From assembly GCA_963817915.1 (NCBI GenBank), contig CAWFQL010000012.1:384001-448000 (forward strand): a stretch of 64,000 nt of DNA, given 5' to 3'. Origin of the DNA: an uncultured candidate division Zixibacteria bacterium (GTDB lineage Bacteria > Zixibacteria > MSB-5A5 > UBA10806). A program made the translations under genes and the position numbers. Below are positions 10,771 through 19,624 of the stretch, piece after piece; within the stretch, counting starts at the first letter, position 1, and each line of letters starts with the position of its first letter. The notes beneath the pieces were generated by a model. The model had not been told where the DNA came from. It did no database searches and was given only the letters and a program-made list of their open reading frames with translations.

Positions 10771-10798
10771 GTAGGGATTCAAAATTTTGAATCCCTAC
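10771..10798. repeat. Perfect 28-bp GTAG-type REP-like palindrome, possibly a bidirectional terminator
   Basis: gtagggattcaaaattttgaatccctac is its own reverse complement and lies between convergent genes. Confidence 0.7.
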
Positions 10799-10840
10799 TT
10801 TGCATTTGTTGAATTATTACAAAATTAAATATTAAATTAA

Positions 10841-12127
10841 TTACGATGATTTATTAAATTTCTTAAGAATATCTTTTATCGCGTCCTTGTGCACCATGAA
10901 GCTCAGCATCTTCAAACGGATATAATCATCCCTGAAAAACAGATATCCTTCGAATTTCCCCTGATTACGGCTTCTCGCCGAATCCTTGATTAAAAACCAG
11001 TCATGTCCGCCGGCCTTTGTGATACCGACAATATGAATTCCGTGCTCGTCGCCTGTAGTGCCGTTATTGATTCGAAGTTCCCGCGAGTCCTGATTAATAT
11101 ATGCCTGCGGAATATCGAAATCGGGGATTATGGCGGCATCCTCGGCGCCATTATCACCGGGTTCAGACATATCGCCGCCGATTTCCATCGAATACCCTTT
11201 GGTTATGGCTGATTTTAGAATAGCATACCACTCATCGAGCGGGACATTGTAATAGGTGGAATCCTTCCACCAATTATCGGGTACATCAAAAAGCGCCTGA
11301 GTATAAAATGGTACCTCCAATGTCGACATCAAACTGACATAATCATCGGGATTGATCTTGAGAATTTCAGTAGCGAATTGGATAGGCGTTACCGTCTTGC
11401 CATTATACTGGAATGTTTGCGGTGGCTCGCCCAAATATTTATTGAGAATTACTTTGACACAATTGACCACCTCATCTTCATCCCAATAATTATTGGTATT
11501 AACTAAAGCAAGGTATGCCGTAATCTCATCAACCATTATTGAATGATCATGATATTTTGCCTCGTTGCGGCCATCGTATACCTCTTCAGGTACACAGCCA
11601 TAGAGCTTTATCATCCTCAAGACTGCATTGGATTCGGAGCCTTCTCCGAGCTCATAATCGCCTCGTTCGCGGACAAAATGACGCACCTTTTCAAGGTACT
11701 CATGATATACAGTGAACATTTCCGAAAGCTTTACCTTTTGTTCCGTCAGCCGCGCGATTTCCGATTCGACGAACGATGTCCCCGAAAAGCTCCAACATGT
11801 ACCAGTGCGATATTGTCCGAGCGGTGGATTATGGAAAACCTGCTTGAATGATTCAGGAGAAGATGGCTTTACAACCTTACTGAAATCGAACCTCAGTTCC
11901 CTGGCATTTTTTCGGGCTTCGTCGCTTTGTTTTTTCTGTCGAGCGCGAATTTCAGCGGTGATGCTATCCTGTTCCGCCTGAATCTTGCGGGCATTCTCCC
12001 TGATCTCTTTGAATACCGGCGCAGAATATTTAGGCACGTAGATAATTTTCTCTTTCTGCGCGAAAAGAAGAGTAGGCCATAACAATAAAAGGCCAACGAA
12101 TATTAGAATCGATCGAGAATATCTCAT
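10841..12127 (-). CDS. Secreted C1 family cysteine peptidase (aminopeptidase C-like)
   Basis: QYRTGTCWSFS (catalytic Cys), EHGIHIVG (His), FLIKDS; signal peptide. Confidence 0.88.
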   Translation of the reverse strand: MRYSRSILIFVGLLLLWPTLLFAQKEKIIYVPKYSAPVFKEIRENARKIQAEQDSITAEIRARQKKQSDEARKNARELRFDFSKVVKPSSPESFKQVFHNPPLGQYRTGTCWSFSGTSFVESEIARLTEQKVKLSEMFTVYHEYLEKVRHFVRERGDYELGEGSESNAVLRMIKLYGCVPEEVYDGRNEAKYHDHSIMVDEITAYLALVNTNNYWDEDEVVNCVKVILNKYLGEPPQTFQYNGKTVTPIQFATEILKINPDDYVSLMSTLEVPFYTQALFDVPDNWWKDSTYYNVPLDEWYAILKSAITKGYSMEIGGDMSEPGDNGAEDAAIIPDFDIPQAYINQDSRELRINNGTTGDEHGIHIVGITKAGGHDWFLIKDSARSRNQGKFEGYLFFRDDYIRLKMLSFMVHKDAIKDILKKFNKSS

Positions 12128-12570
12128 GGAGAACCTCCCGTTATTTATTGGAATCTTAATTATTGTTTTATGCCAGTATTAGATTCAACGATCATGATTC
12201 TTTCTTATATATGATAATCTGCAATCTTGCAATATTGATTTTTCTTCGAATGACGGATCGATTCGCTATATTCATCTTAGACACCATAAAATATTATCTG
12301 CTGGACTCTCTTTTCTTCAAATTTTTTCGAATAAACTAAAATCCATTTTATATTTTCGCTTGACTCGAATTCGTACGGGAATTTGTATGTTTGTCATGAT
12401 AATGAATATCATTAGCGACACTAATTTTAGTGAATATATATACGGCATGGCGGGGGGTTATGCAACTAATAGGAGTAAAATGACAAAATTCGTTGTGATT
12501 TGTTCTAATCCCAATGGGGATTCCGTTGTTTTAAACCCTAAACCCATAATTACAGAAAGGGAGGCACAAA

Positions 12571-12858
12571 ATGCCTAAATCACAAACCTTAGATAGGCCG
12601 GGAGCTCCTTCTGAATGGGGCCATGTATTCGAGCAATTGCCTATTCAAAAGGTCAGCCAGCCAGGTTGCTATGTGGATCATCTATATGGCAATCTTTACA
12701 GGGTAACCCCTGAAATGCTCAACATCGGCGGCACAGTATTTCATGGTTTTGTCAGCAGAGAGCCATGGAATGTCACCAGAATCAGCGATGACTATACCAT
12801 GCCGATCGACGAAGCACGAATAGTCGCTGCCAACGCGTCCTTAGTAATCAATTTCTGA
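12571..12858 (+). CDS. Small hypothetical protein
   Basis: 95-aa ORF with strong GGGAGG RBS and its own terminator. Confidence 0.7.
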   Translation: MPKSQTLDRPGAPSEWGHVFEQLPIQKVSQPGCYVDHLYGNLYRVTPEMLNIGGTVFHGFVSREPWNVTRISDDYTMPIDEARIVAANASLVINF

Positions 12859-12891
12859 CTCGCCTCAGCGGCATTCAAGGTAATCTACACT

Positions 12892-12928
12892 ATCCCCAGA
12901 TGTCATTTACGATATCTGGGGATTTTTT
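12892..12928 (+). terminator. Rho-independent terminator
   Basis: atccccagatgtc...gatatctggggat stem followed by a T run. Confidence 0.7.
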
Positions 12929-13111
12929 AATCATATATTTCGCCGAAGAATCATATCCGGAATGCAAAAAATATTTCTAATTTGATGCTCGAAAAGCGTA
13001 TGCGCTAAATTCCGGGGTTCATATATTGCTTGTAAGAGAAAAAAGGACAGAGTTAAAATACTGTCCGGCAGACAGGCCGTTTGACCGGCTTGATTCGCAA
13101 GGAGTGAGATT

Positions 13112-14194
13112 ATGAATAAATTGCCGCCCACACAGACAATGTACAACGCCTTGTTAAGGCGAGATACGAATTTCGAAGGTGTATTTTACGTCGCAGTCAA
13201 GACAACCGGAATTTTTTGCCGTCCGACCTGCCCGGCGAGAAAACCGAAATCTGAGAATGTAGAATTTTTCTCATCACCCGGCGAGGCGCTTTACGCGGGG
13301 TATCGTCCCTGCGCGAAATGCCATCCCCTTGATAAGGAGAAGCATACGCCCGAGTTAGTCGAACGTCTATGCAATGTTATAGAGGAATCACCTTCTGAAA
13401 AAATTACCAGCGCCAATCTTCTATCAATGGGCATTGATCCCTCAACCGCGCGCCGCCAGTTTCAACGATACTATGGCATGACATTCCATGCCTATCATCG
13501 GGCACGGCGAATGGGGATGGCCTTGCATGAAATTCGAGGCGGCGAAAGCGTGATCGGGGCCCAAATCAATCACGGTTTTGAATCGGCGAGCGGCTTCTGG
13601 GAAGCATTCAAACAGATTTTCGGATCATCTCCCAGCAATGCAGATCAAATCAAATGTCTATTCGCCAAATGGATCGAAACACCGCTCGGCGCGATGATTG
13701 CTCTGGCCGATAACAAGGGCGTTTATCTTTTGGAATTTGTCGATCGGCGCGGCCTGGAAAATGAGATTCTTAAAATTAGAAAAAAAACTAAATGCTATAT
13801 AGTACCGGGTGAAAACGGCCTTTTGGCGAAAATCGCCGATGAGATTAAGAAGTATTTCGAGGGTACATCATCCCAATTTACTGTCCCTATCGTAACTTTG
13901 GGATCGGATTTCGAGGAAGCAGTCTGGAAGCAATTGAGAACAATTCCGCCGGGGGAGACCCGGTCATATTCGGAGATGGCTCAAAAACTCGACAATCCTC
14001 ATGCCGTTCGAGCTGTTGGCAGGGCCAATGGTAGAAACTGTCTGGCCATTGTGATCCCATGCCATCGAGTGATTCGAGCCGATGGTTCTTTATGCGGTTA
14101 CGGTGGCGGAATCTGGCGCAAGCAATGGCTGCTCGATCATGAAATCAAAATGATGTCGGGAAAAGCAGGCAAATCCATACCCGGAAAAGAGTGA
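13112..14194 (+). CDS. ada: Bifunctional Ada regulator / O6-methylguanine-DNA methyltransferase
   Basis: Zn domain TTGIFCRPTCPAR...GYRPCAKC, AraC HTH, active site IPCHRV. Confidence 0.93.
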   Translation: MNKLPPTQTMYNALLRRDTNFEGVFYVAVKTTGIFCRPTCPARKPKSENVEFFSSPGEALYAGYRPCAKCHPLDKEKHTPELVERLCNVIEESPSEKITSANLLSMGIDPSTARRQFQRYYGMTFHAYHRARRMGMALHEIRGGESVIGAQINHGFESASGFWEAFKQIFGSSPSNADQIKCLFAKWIETPLGAMIALADNKGVYLLEFVDRRGLENEILKIRKKTKCYIVPGENGLLAKIADEIKKYFEGTSSQFTVPIVTLGSDFEEAVWKQLRTIPPGETRSYSEMAQKLDNPHAVRAVGRANGRNCLAIVIPCHRVIRADGSLCGYGGGIWRKQWLLDHEIKMMSGKAGKSIPGKE

Positions 14195-14231
14195 AATTTA
14201 GGATATATAGTCTGAAATTCCGAAATTCTTT

Positions 14232-14783
14232 TTAAGGATTTTTTATTAATGAAGTGAATGAATGAATGTAATCAGTGTCGAGTGATTTGTCGAATTTTAA
14301 TAGCCAATCTTTTATATATTCAATATCGTAGTTTCGGTTTTTGGTCATTACAGTTCTCGCGTCTTCAATATCTCTCGGTCTTCCGGCGACAATCTTATGA
14401 ATAATCAGATCCTCAATTGACGAATATTTTATTTCCGTATCATCAATTTTGACGGCTATCGCTCTCTTTAAGGCGATTTTCTCATAAGCGGAAGTCGAAA
14501 AAATGAAATCTATCCTAATGTTGGTCAGATTATCTTTTACAGGCAGGACCATTGTCTTGTTTGCAAAATCAGAAGGGGAATCAACCAACGGCTGCAGCGC
14601 GCATTGATTGACAATATCGATTATTTCCGGCAAATGGTCTGTCCCGATGCCCAAAGTAATATCAATATCCGTAGTAAATCTTGGCTCACCATGAATAAGA
14701 ACCGCCTGGCCGCCTATTACCATATAATCAATATGATTCTTCGTAAGAGCCGACGCGATTTTAGCTAACAGTTTTCTAAACAC
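14232..14783 (-). CDS. Nucleotidyltransferase-fold protein (DUF6036/AbiEii-like)
   Basis: YMVIGGQAV..HGEPRFTTDIDI and EDLIIHKIVAGRPRDIED motifs; GTG start overlaps the upstream stop. Confidence 0.75.
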   Translation of the reverse strand: MFRKLLAKIASALTKNHIDYMVIGGQAVLIHGEPRFTTDIDITLGIGTDHLPEIIDIVNQCALQPLVDSPSDFANKTMVLPVKDNLTNIRIDFIFSTSAYEKIALKRAIAVKIDDTEIKYSSIEDLIIHKIVAGRPRDIEDARTVMTKNRNYDIEYIKDWLLKFDKSLDTDYIHSFTSLIKNP

Positions 14784-14973
14784 TATTGATTGCCTTTGCA
14801 ATCCTAAACACGCCCTCAAGGCCTTCTAGAGGATTATCGCGAAGATGACCCTTTATATCGATAACGAATTTGTACATATCCTCAAACAGTTGATAGTTTT
14901 TTTCGATATCCTGAAAATTGGCGCGAATATAGTCGGTCTCGAATTTTCGCCATATTTCATTGTCGATCTTCAT
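14776..14973 (-). CDS. Small hypothetical protein, putative partner of the nucleotidyltransferase
   Basis: 65-aa helical ORF translationally coupled to the downstream gene. Confidence 0.6.
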   Translation of the reverse strand: MKIDNEIWRKFETDYIRANFQDIEKNYQLFEDMYKFVIDIKGHLRDNPLEGLEGVFRIAKAINSV

Positions 14974-15082
14974 GTTTTTGTTCGTTTCCCCAATTTGATG
15001 AACGAATGACCTGTTAGTCGCCTAACATCATAATATAGCATATATTTATAAATATTCAATCAGTAATGACTGCGGCACGATC

Positions 15083-16114
15083 CTAAAATCCGGGGTGGAT
15101 GATTTTAATCAAATAAAAGCACCCGGCGGAAATTAAACCCGCTATAGGAATCGTGAATATCCACGCCCAGACAATACGACCGGCAACGCCCCATTTGATG
15201 CCGGAAAGATTGGATGTCGCCCCAACGCCGACAATCGCCCCGGTAATTGTGTGCGTTGTAGAAACCGGAATACCAAGATGAGTGGCCATAAACAAGGTAA
15301 ACGCGCCGGCTGATTCAGCGCAAAAACCGCCAACGGGCTTTAGTTTCGTAATTTTCTGGCCCATAGTTTTTACTATTCGCCAGCCGCCGAATGCTGTCCC
15401 CAGGCCCATGGCAAGATGGCATGACAATATAATCCACATCGTATTGAGATGTGTCAATGAAAGCTCGGTGCCAGGCTTCATTAATCCACCCGCAATCAAG
15501 AGAGCCATTATAATTCCCATTGTCTTTTGAGCGTCATTGCCGCCATGTCCCAATGAGTACAAAGCCGCTGAGAATAACTGTAACTTGCGGAACCATTTAT
15601 CGACTTCATGCGGCCTCCAACGCCGGAATATCCAATAGACCGCAATCATTACCGCGAATCCAATAACAAGTCCGATAAGAGGGGCAAGGGGAATAAATTT
15701 AACCGTTTTCCAGATATTATCCCAACGGATTACGCTCAAACCTTTGTAGGCCAAACCTGCTCCAGCAACTCCGCCAATAAGAGCATGTGATGAACTTGTC
15801 GGTAGGCCCAATACCCATGTCAGCAAGTCCCAGACTATCGCCCCTATGAGTCCGGCAAGAACGACATATACATAAACACTGTCAGTCCCATCGATCTTTG
15901 CGATTTTCGAGATAGTGTCCGCGACTCGTGGTGCGAATATAAACATGGCGACAAAATTGAAAAAAGCCGCCCACCAGACGGCAACTCTTGGGCTCAATAC
16001 CCTGGTAGATACCACAGTGGCTATGGAATTGGCGGCGTCATGAAATCCATTGATGACATCAAAAATAAGGGCGATTACAACAGTGATAACGACAATGATC
16101 ATTATGGGGGTCAT
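15083..16114 (-). CDS. pit: PiT family inorganic phosphate transporter
   Basis: NGFHDAANSIAT, GLPTSSSHA, HGGNDAQKTMG and PVSTTHTITG signatures. Confidence 0.93.
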   Translation of the reverse strand: MTPIMIIVVITVVIALIFDVINGFHDAANSIATVVSTRVLSPRVAVWWAAFFNFVAMFIFAPRVADTISKIAKIDGTDSVYVYVVLAGLIGAIVWDLLTWVLGLPTSSSHALIGGVAGAGLAYKGLSVIRWDNIWKTVKFIPLAPLIGLVIGFAVMIAVYWIFRRWRPHEVDKWFRKLQLFSAALYSLGHGGNDAQKTMGIIMALLIAGGLMKPGTELSLTHLNTMWIILSCHLAMGLGTAFGGWRIVKTMGQKITKLKPVGGFCAESAGAFTLFMATHLGIPVSTTHTITGAIVGVGATSNLSGIKWGVAGRIVWAWIFTIPIAGLISAGCFYLIKIIHPGF

Positions 16115-16116
16115 GA

Positions 16117-16746
16117 TTAGGATGCCTCTATCACGATTCCCTGGATAATATTGCCCACCTCTTCACAACGATCTGTCGCCTTCTCAAGACGTTCAAAAAT
16201 ATCCTTCCATTTGATTACGAGAACAGGGTCTTTCTCTTCTCTAAAAAGACGCGCCAGGGCGGAACGCAAAATCTGATCCCCCTCTTTTTCGGTCGCGTAT
16301 ATGTCAGAGCAGCATTGCTGGATTATTTCATCATTCTTGCTCATATTGCGAAGATTGCTTATAGCGCCGTTAACTCCGCCGCTGGCTTTGACCAGCACTT
16401 GAGTGAATTGCCGTAATTCTCCGCGCATTTCCGAAAGCTCATATAGCATCATTCTTGAAACCGCCGAATCGACTGAATCAATGATATCATCGAGGCGCCT
16501 GATCAACCTGTGAATATCGGCTCGATCGATCGGAGTAATGAACGTCCTATGCAAAGCTTCGATACAGGTGCGGGTTATATCATCGGCGTCATGCTCTATA
16601 GCCTTAATTTTACTCGTCCGATCGGCCAATTCAGATGGATTCTTGGCAATTTCATCCAATTCCCTGCAGGCTTCAACAGAAAGCTTGGTATGTTTCTCGA
16701 AATAATCAAAGAAACCCATTTCTTTGGGCAGTAAACGTTTAAACAT
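16117..16746 (-). CDS. DUF47/PhoU-like Pit accessory protein
   Basis: IEHDADDI...TFITPIDRADI..L...LDDIID, LEKATDRCE; directly upstream of pit. Confidence 0.9.
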   Translation of the reverse strand: MFKRLLPKEMGFFDYFEKHTKLSVEACRELDEIAKNPSELADRTSKIKAIEHDADDITRTCIEALHRTFITPIDRADIHRLIRRLDDIIDSVDSAVSRMMLYELSEMRGELRQFTQVLVKASGGVNGAISNLRNMSKNDEIIQQCCSDIYATEKEGDQILRSALARLFREEKDPVLVIKWKDIFERLEKATDRCEEVGNIIQGIVIEAS

Positions 16747-16821
16747 TATGGCTCCAAATATTTAAATTTACAATATATTCGCATTGTTAACGCTTGTGAA
16801 TAAATGCTCATGTTGTGATCA

Positions 16822-16850
16822 ATCTTAAGATATTAATGAATGACAGTCAA
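16822..16850 (-). promoter_or_regulatory. Sigma70-type promoter of DUF47-pit operon
   Basis: TTGACT-N17-TAAGAT on the minus strand. Confidence 0.5.
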
Positions 16851-16994
16851 GGGCTTTTGAATAGGTCATAACCATATGAATAATCTGATAAATACGATTT
16901 TATTATTTCATGTTTAATCATGATAAAAGGAACCTCCCAGTTCGGGTAGGGGTTTTGTTTTTATGATAACTCTGGAATTCGGGGAGGAGCCCAA

Positions 16995-17417
16995 ATGAAT
17001 ACTAAGAGAATATTAATTATCGGAATAGGAGTTGGCCTAATCGTTTCGCTTTATCTCGGCTGCGGCACACCCGGCAAAAATCTTCCGGTAACCGAAGTAA
17101 CCGCCAAATTGGGAATTGACAATTTTCAGGAAGTGTCGGTCGATGTTGAAAGCTTTTATTTTAAGCCCAATCGGATTCAGGTTATGGCGAATGTTCCTGT
17201 GCGTCTTACATTAAAAAGCGGCACCTTGATAATTCCGCATAATTTTTCGCTTCACGCTCCCGAAGCTGGAATCGATGTTAATCAAAATATCGGCCACGGG
17301 AAAACAGCGATTGTCGAATTTACCCCGACTAAGACCGGCGAATATTCTTTTTATTGCGCCAAGGATGGCCACATGCATAAAGGAATGACAGGCACTCTGG
17401 TAGTGCTTCCACAATAA
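16995..17417 (+). CDS. Cupredoxin-domain (lipo)protein
   Basis: Lipobox-like LYLGC; IPHNF and YSFYCAKDGHMHKGM type-1 copper ligands. Confidence 0.82.
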   Translation: MNTKRILIIGIGVGLIVSLYLGCGTPGKNLPVTEVTAKLGIDNFQEVSVDVESFYFKPNRIQVMANVPVRLTLKSGTLIIPHNFSLHAPEAGIDVNQNIGHGKTAIVEFTPTKTGEYSFYCAKDGHMHKGMTGTLVVLPQ

Positions 17418-17449
17418 TCTATGCGCGATTTCCTATAATAAGATTGATA

Positions 17450-18502
17450 TTATAATCGAATTATCAATGATTCCGAGCAAAAGCCGGGGCCAAGCGCCGA
17501 AATGACTCCAAATCCCTGTCTGCCAGTTCCGAGCTTTTCAAGATATCGTGAAATCACATACAAAACCGTAACCGACGACATATTCCCATAATCCCGTAAT
17601 ATCTCCCGAGAGAATTCGAAGCTATTGCCGTTGACACTAAATGCCTTTTCGTATGCCTCGACAACTTTGATTCCGCCCGGATGGTATAGGTATTGGCTGA
17701 TATCATTCTTGGCGAGCGAATTTGATGATAGAAAGCTATTCAATTCATTGTCCGAATGCTCGGCGACGATATCCGGGATCCGCTTATCAAAAATCACCTG
17801 CATTCCTTGCGAAACTATATTCCAGCCCATCACTTTTAATGAATCCGGATAAAAGGTCGATTGAGTTGCCAGAATTTCGAGACCATTCGCATCGACCTCG
17901 TCGCCGCTAATTAATGCAGCTGCGGCGCCATCCGCGAAAAGCGCACAGGCCACCAAATTGCTTTTAGAAAAATCATCATGAATAAAAGTCAATCCGCATA
18001 ATTCAACAGCGACTACCAGCGCGCGATGAGATGGATGGCCGATCAAATAATGATAAGCATGTGACAGACCGGCGGCGCCGCCCGCGCATCCCAGTCCCCA
18101 TATCGGAGTTCTTCTAATATTGCGACGAAGGTTAAGCTTATTTATTAGCCTGGCATCTATTGAAGGCGTGGCTAAGCCGGTCGTATTAACATAAATTATA
18201 TAATCGATATCATCTAAATTGGTTTTAGTGCTTTCCAGCACCTTGGTAACAGCTTTTGCCCCCAGATCAGTGGCCGCGCGAATATAGATTTCATTTTTTT
18301 CCGCCAGGGAATGATCTTCACCGAACCACGAAGTCGGTACCGAAAAATATCTGCTTTTTATTCCGGCGTTATCGAATATCGGCAAAAGACGTGAAATATC
18401 CTTGAAATGAGCTCCGAATAGATGCTCGGCAAATTCTTTAGCCTCATTTTGATCTACCTTATATTCTGGTAAGGCAGTAGTGATTCCAACTATCTTCGGC
18501 AT
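17450..18502 (-). CDS. Type III polyketide synthase (chalcone synthase/BpsA-like)
   Basis: Cys-His-Asn triad in GLGCAGG, HPGG and YGNMSS; ALFADGAAA; ALGPGF. Confidence 0.92.
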   Translation of the reverse strand: MPKIVGITTALPEYKVDQNEAKEFAEHLFGAHFKDISRLLPIFDNAGIKSRYFSVPTSWFGEDHSLAEKNEIYIRAATDLGAKAVTKVLESTKTNLDDIDYIIYVNTTGLATPSIDARLINKLNLRRNIRRTPIWGLGCAGGAAGLSHAYHYLIGHPSHRALVVAVELCGLTFIHDDFSKSNLVACALFADGAAAALISGDEVDANGLEILATQSTFYPDSLKVMGWNIVSQGMQVIFDKRIPDIVAEHSDNELNSFLSSNSLAKNDISQYLYHPGGIKVVEAYEKAFSVNGNSFEFSREILRDYGNMSSVTVLYVISRYLEKLGTGRQGFGVISALGPGFCSESLIIRL

Positions 18503-18648
18503 GATTTCCCTTCGTCAGATACTATTCTCTCTTCGTGATAAAACTAACCTCTAATCGTCCTAAGATGTTTCCTAAGCGATAGCTAATGTAGAAAATATAA
18601 CTGATTGTTTTATGGTCAATATAGAATCATGCGAAAATCATTATGAAT

Positions 18649-19071
18649 CTATCTGTTTTTCAATATGGAATCATAATAACTTGTCGGAATTTCGGTCGCG
18701 TCGGATGCCACAGATGATTCAAGCGACTGCGCAGGCGGCGAAAGCAGAATATATGATCCGGAAACATTCGCGGGTTCACGATAACCGAATTTCGATGCCG
18801 CCAAACCAATGAAAATCCCCATCACAAATATCGCGGCGATTCTAATTAATGAAATTGGAAGAGATCGACGCTGGCGGGGATTGGGTAGGCGACGGATTTC
18901 GCGCGGCGGTTTGGCACTGCCGATTATACCGATATCCTTCTTAATCGAGTTGAATCGATTCTTGCATTCAGCGCAAATAGATAGATGTTCTGTAATCCTG
19001 GCAGATTCCAATTCGCTTTCTAATACCTCCAGCGCGTATTTCAAAAGGGAGTCTTCATTTATATGAGTCAT
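18649..19071 (-). CDS. Zinc-finger (HxxxCxxC) anti-sigma factor
   Basis: EHLSICAEC motif followed by one TM helix; overlaps the ECF sigma stop. Confidence 0.8.
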   Translation of the reverse strand: MTHINEDSLLKYALEVLESELESARITEHLSICAECKNRFNSIKKDIGIIGSAKPPREIRRLPNPRQRRSLPISLIRIAAIFVMGIFIGLAASKFGYREPANVSGSYILLSPPAQSLESSVASDATEIPTSYYDSILKNR

Positions 19072-19624
19072 TTAGTACTCCTTTCTCTCGTAACTTTTCT
19101 CGGCACGACTTGACCGCGTAAAAAATCCGCGATTTCACAGTCCCCAATGGAATTTTCATAATTTCGGCAATTTCCTCATAGCTTCGGTCGCCGTAGAATC
19201 TTAATACCAATACATCCCGCTGTTCCTTTTCTAATGATCCAATAGCGTCCATGATTAATTTATCTCTTTCACAGGTCAGCTGGGTTTCTAAAGGATTCGC
19301 GGTATCCTGTGTTAATTCCATTCCCGCAATATCGGTTTCACGTCCCGATCTCTTTTTCTCTTTAAGCGCCAATCGATAGGCAATTGTAGTCAAAAAACCA
19401 TAGACGCTGCCAGTTGTATGCCTGATTTTCGCCTGCAGGGCCCTCGTGAATGAGTCTTGAACAATGTCATCGGCAGCATCAGCTGAACCCGTAATCAGCA
19501 TCGCCAACGCTTTAAGTCTTGGTTGATGCTCCTCGACCAGCGCCCGCCAGGATATTTCGTCTCCTCTTTGCGCGTCGAAGAATAATTCCCAGTCGGAATT
19601 CAAATTGCTATTTCCCCGAGGCAT
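19055..19624 (-). CDS. ECF-type RNA polymerase sigma factor
   Basis: ADDIVQDSF region 2; region 4 SYEEIAEIMKIPLGTVKSRI. Start uncertain (ATG 19624 or TTG 19603). Confidence 0.9.
   Translation of the reverse strand: MPRGNSNLNSDWELFFDAQRGDEISWRALVEEHQPRLKALAMLITGSADAADDIVQDSFTRALQAKIRHTTGSVYGFLTTIAYRLALKEKKRSGRETDIAGMELTQDTANPLETQLTCERDKLIMDAIGSLEKEQRDVLVLRFYGDRSYEEIAEIMKIPLGTVKSRIFYAVKSCREKLREKGVLNDSYK

Noticed and set aside
13045..13075. ggacag-N10-ctgtcc inverted repeat upstream of ada as an operator
   Set aside because: The arms are only 6 bp and nothing independent supports it.
16775..16825. Pho-box-like TT(C/A)ACA repeats upstream of DUF47-pit
   Set aside because: Spacing is irregular (10 and 19 nt) in AT-rich DNA, so it cannot be told from chance.
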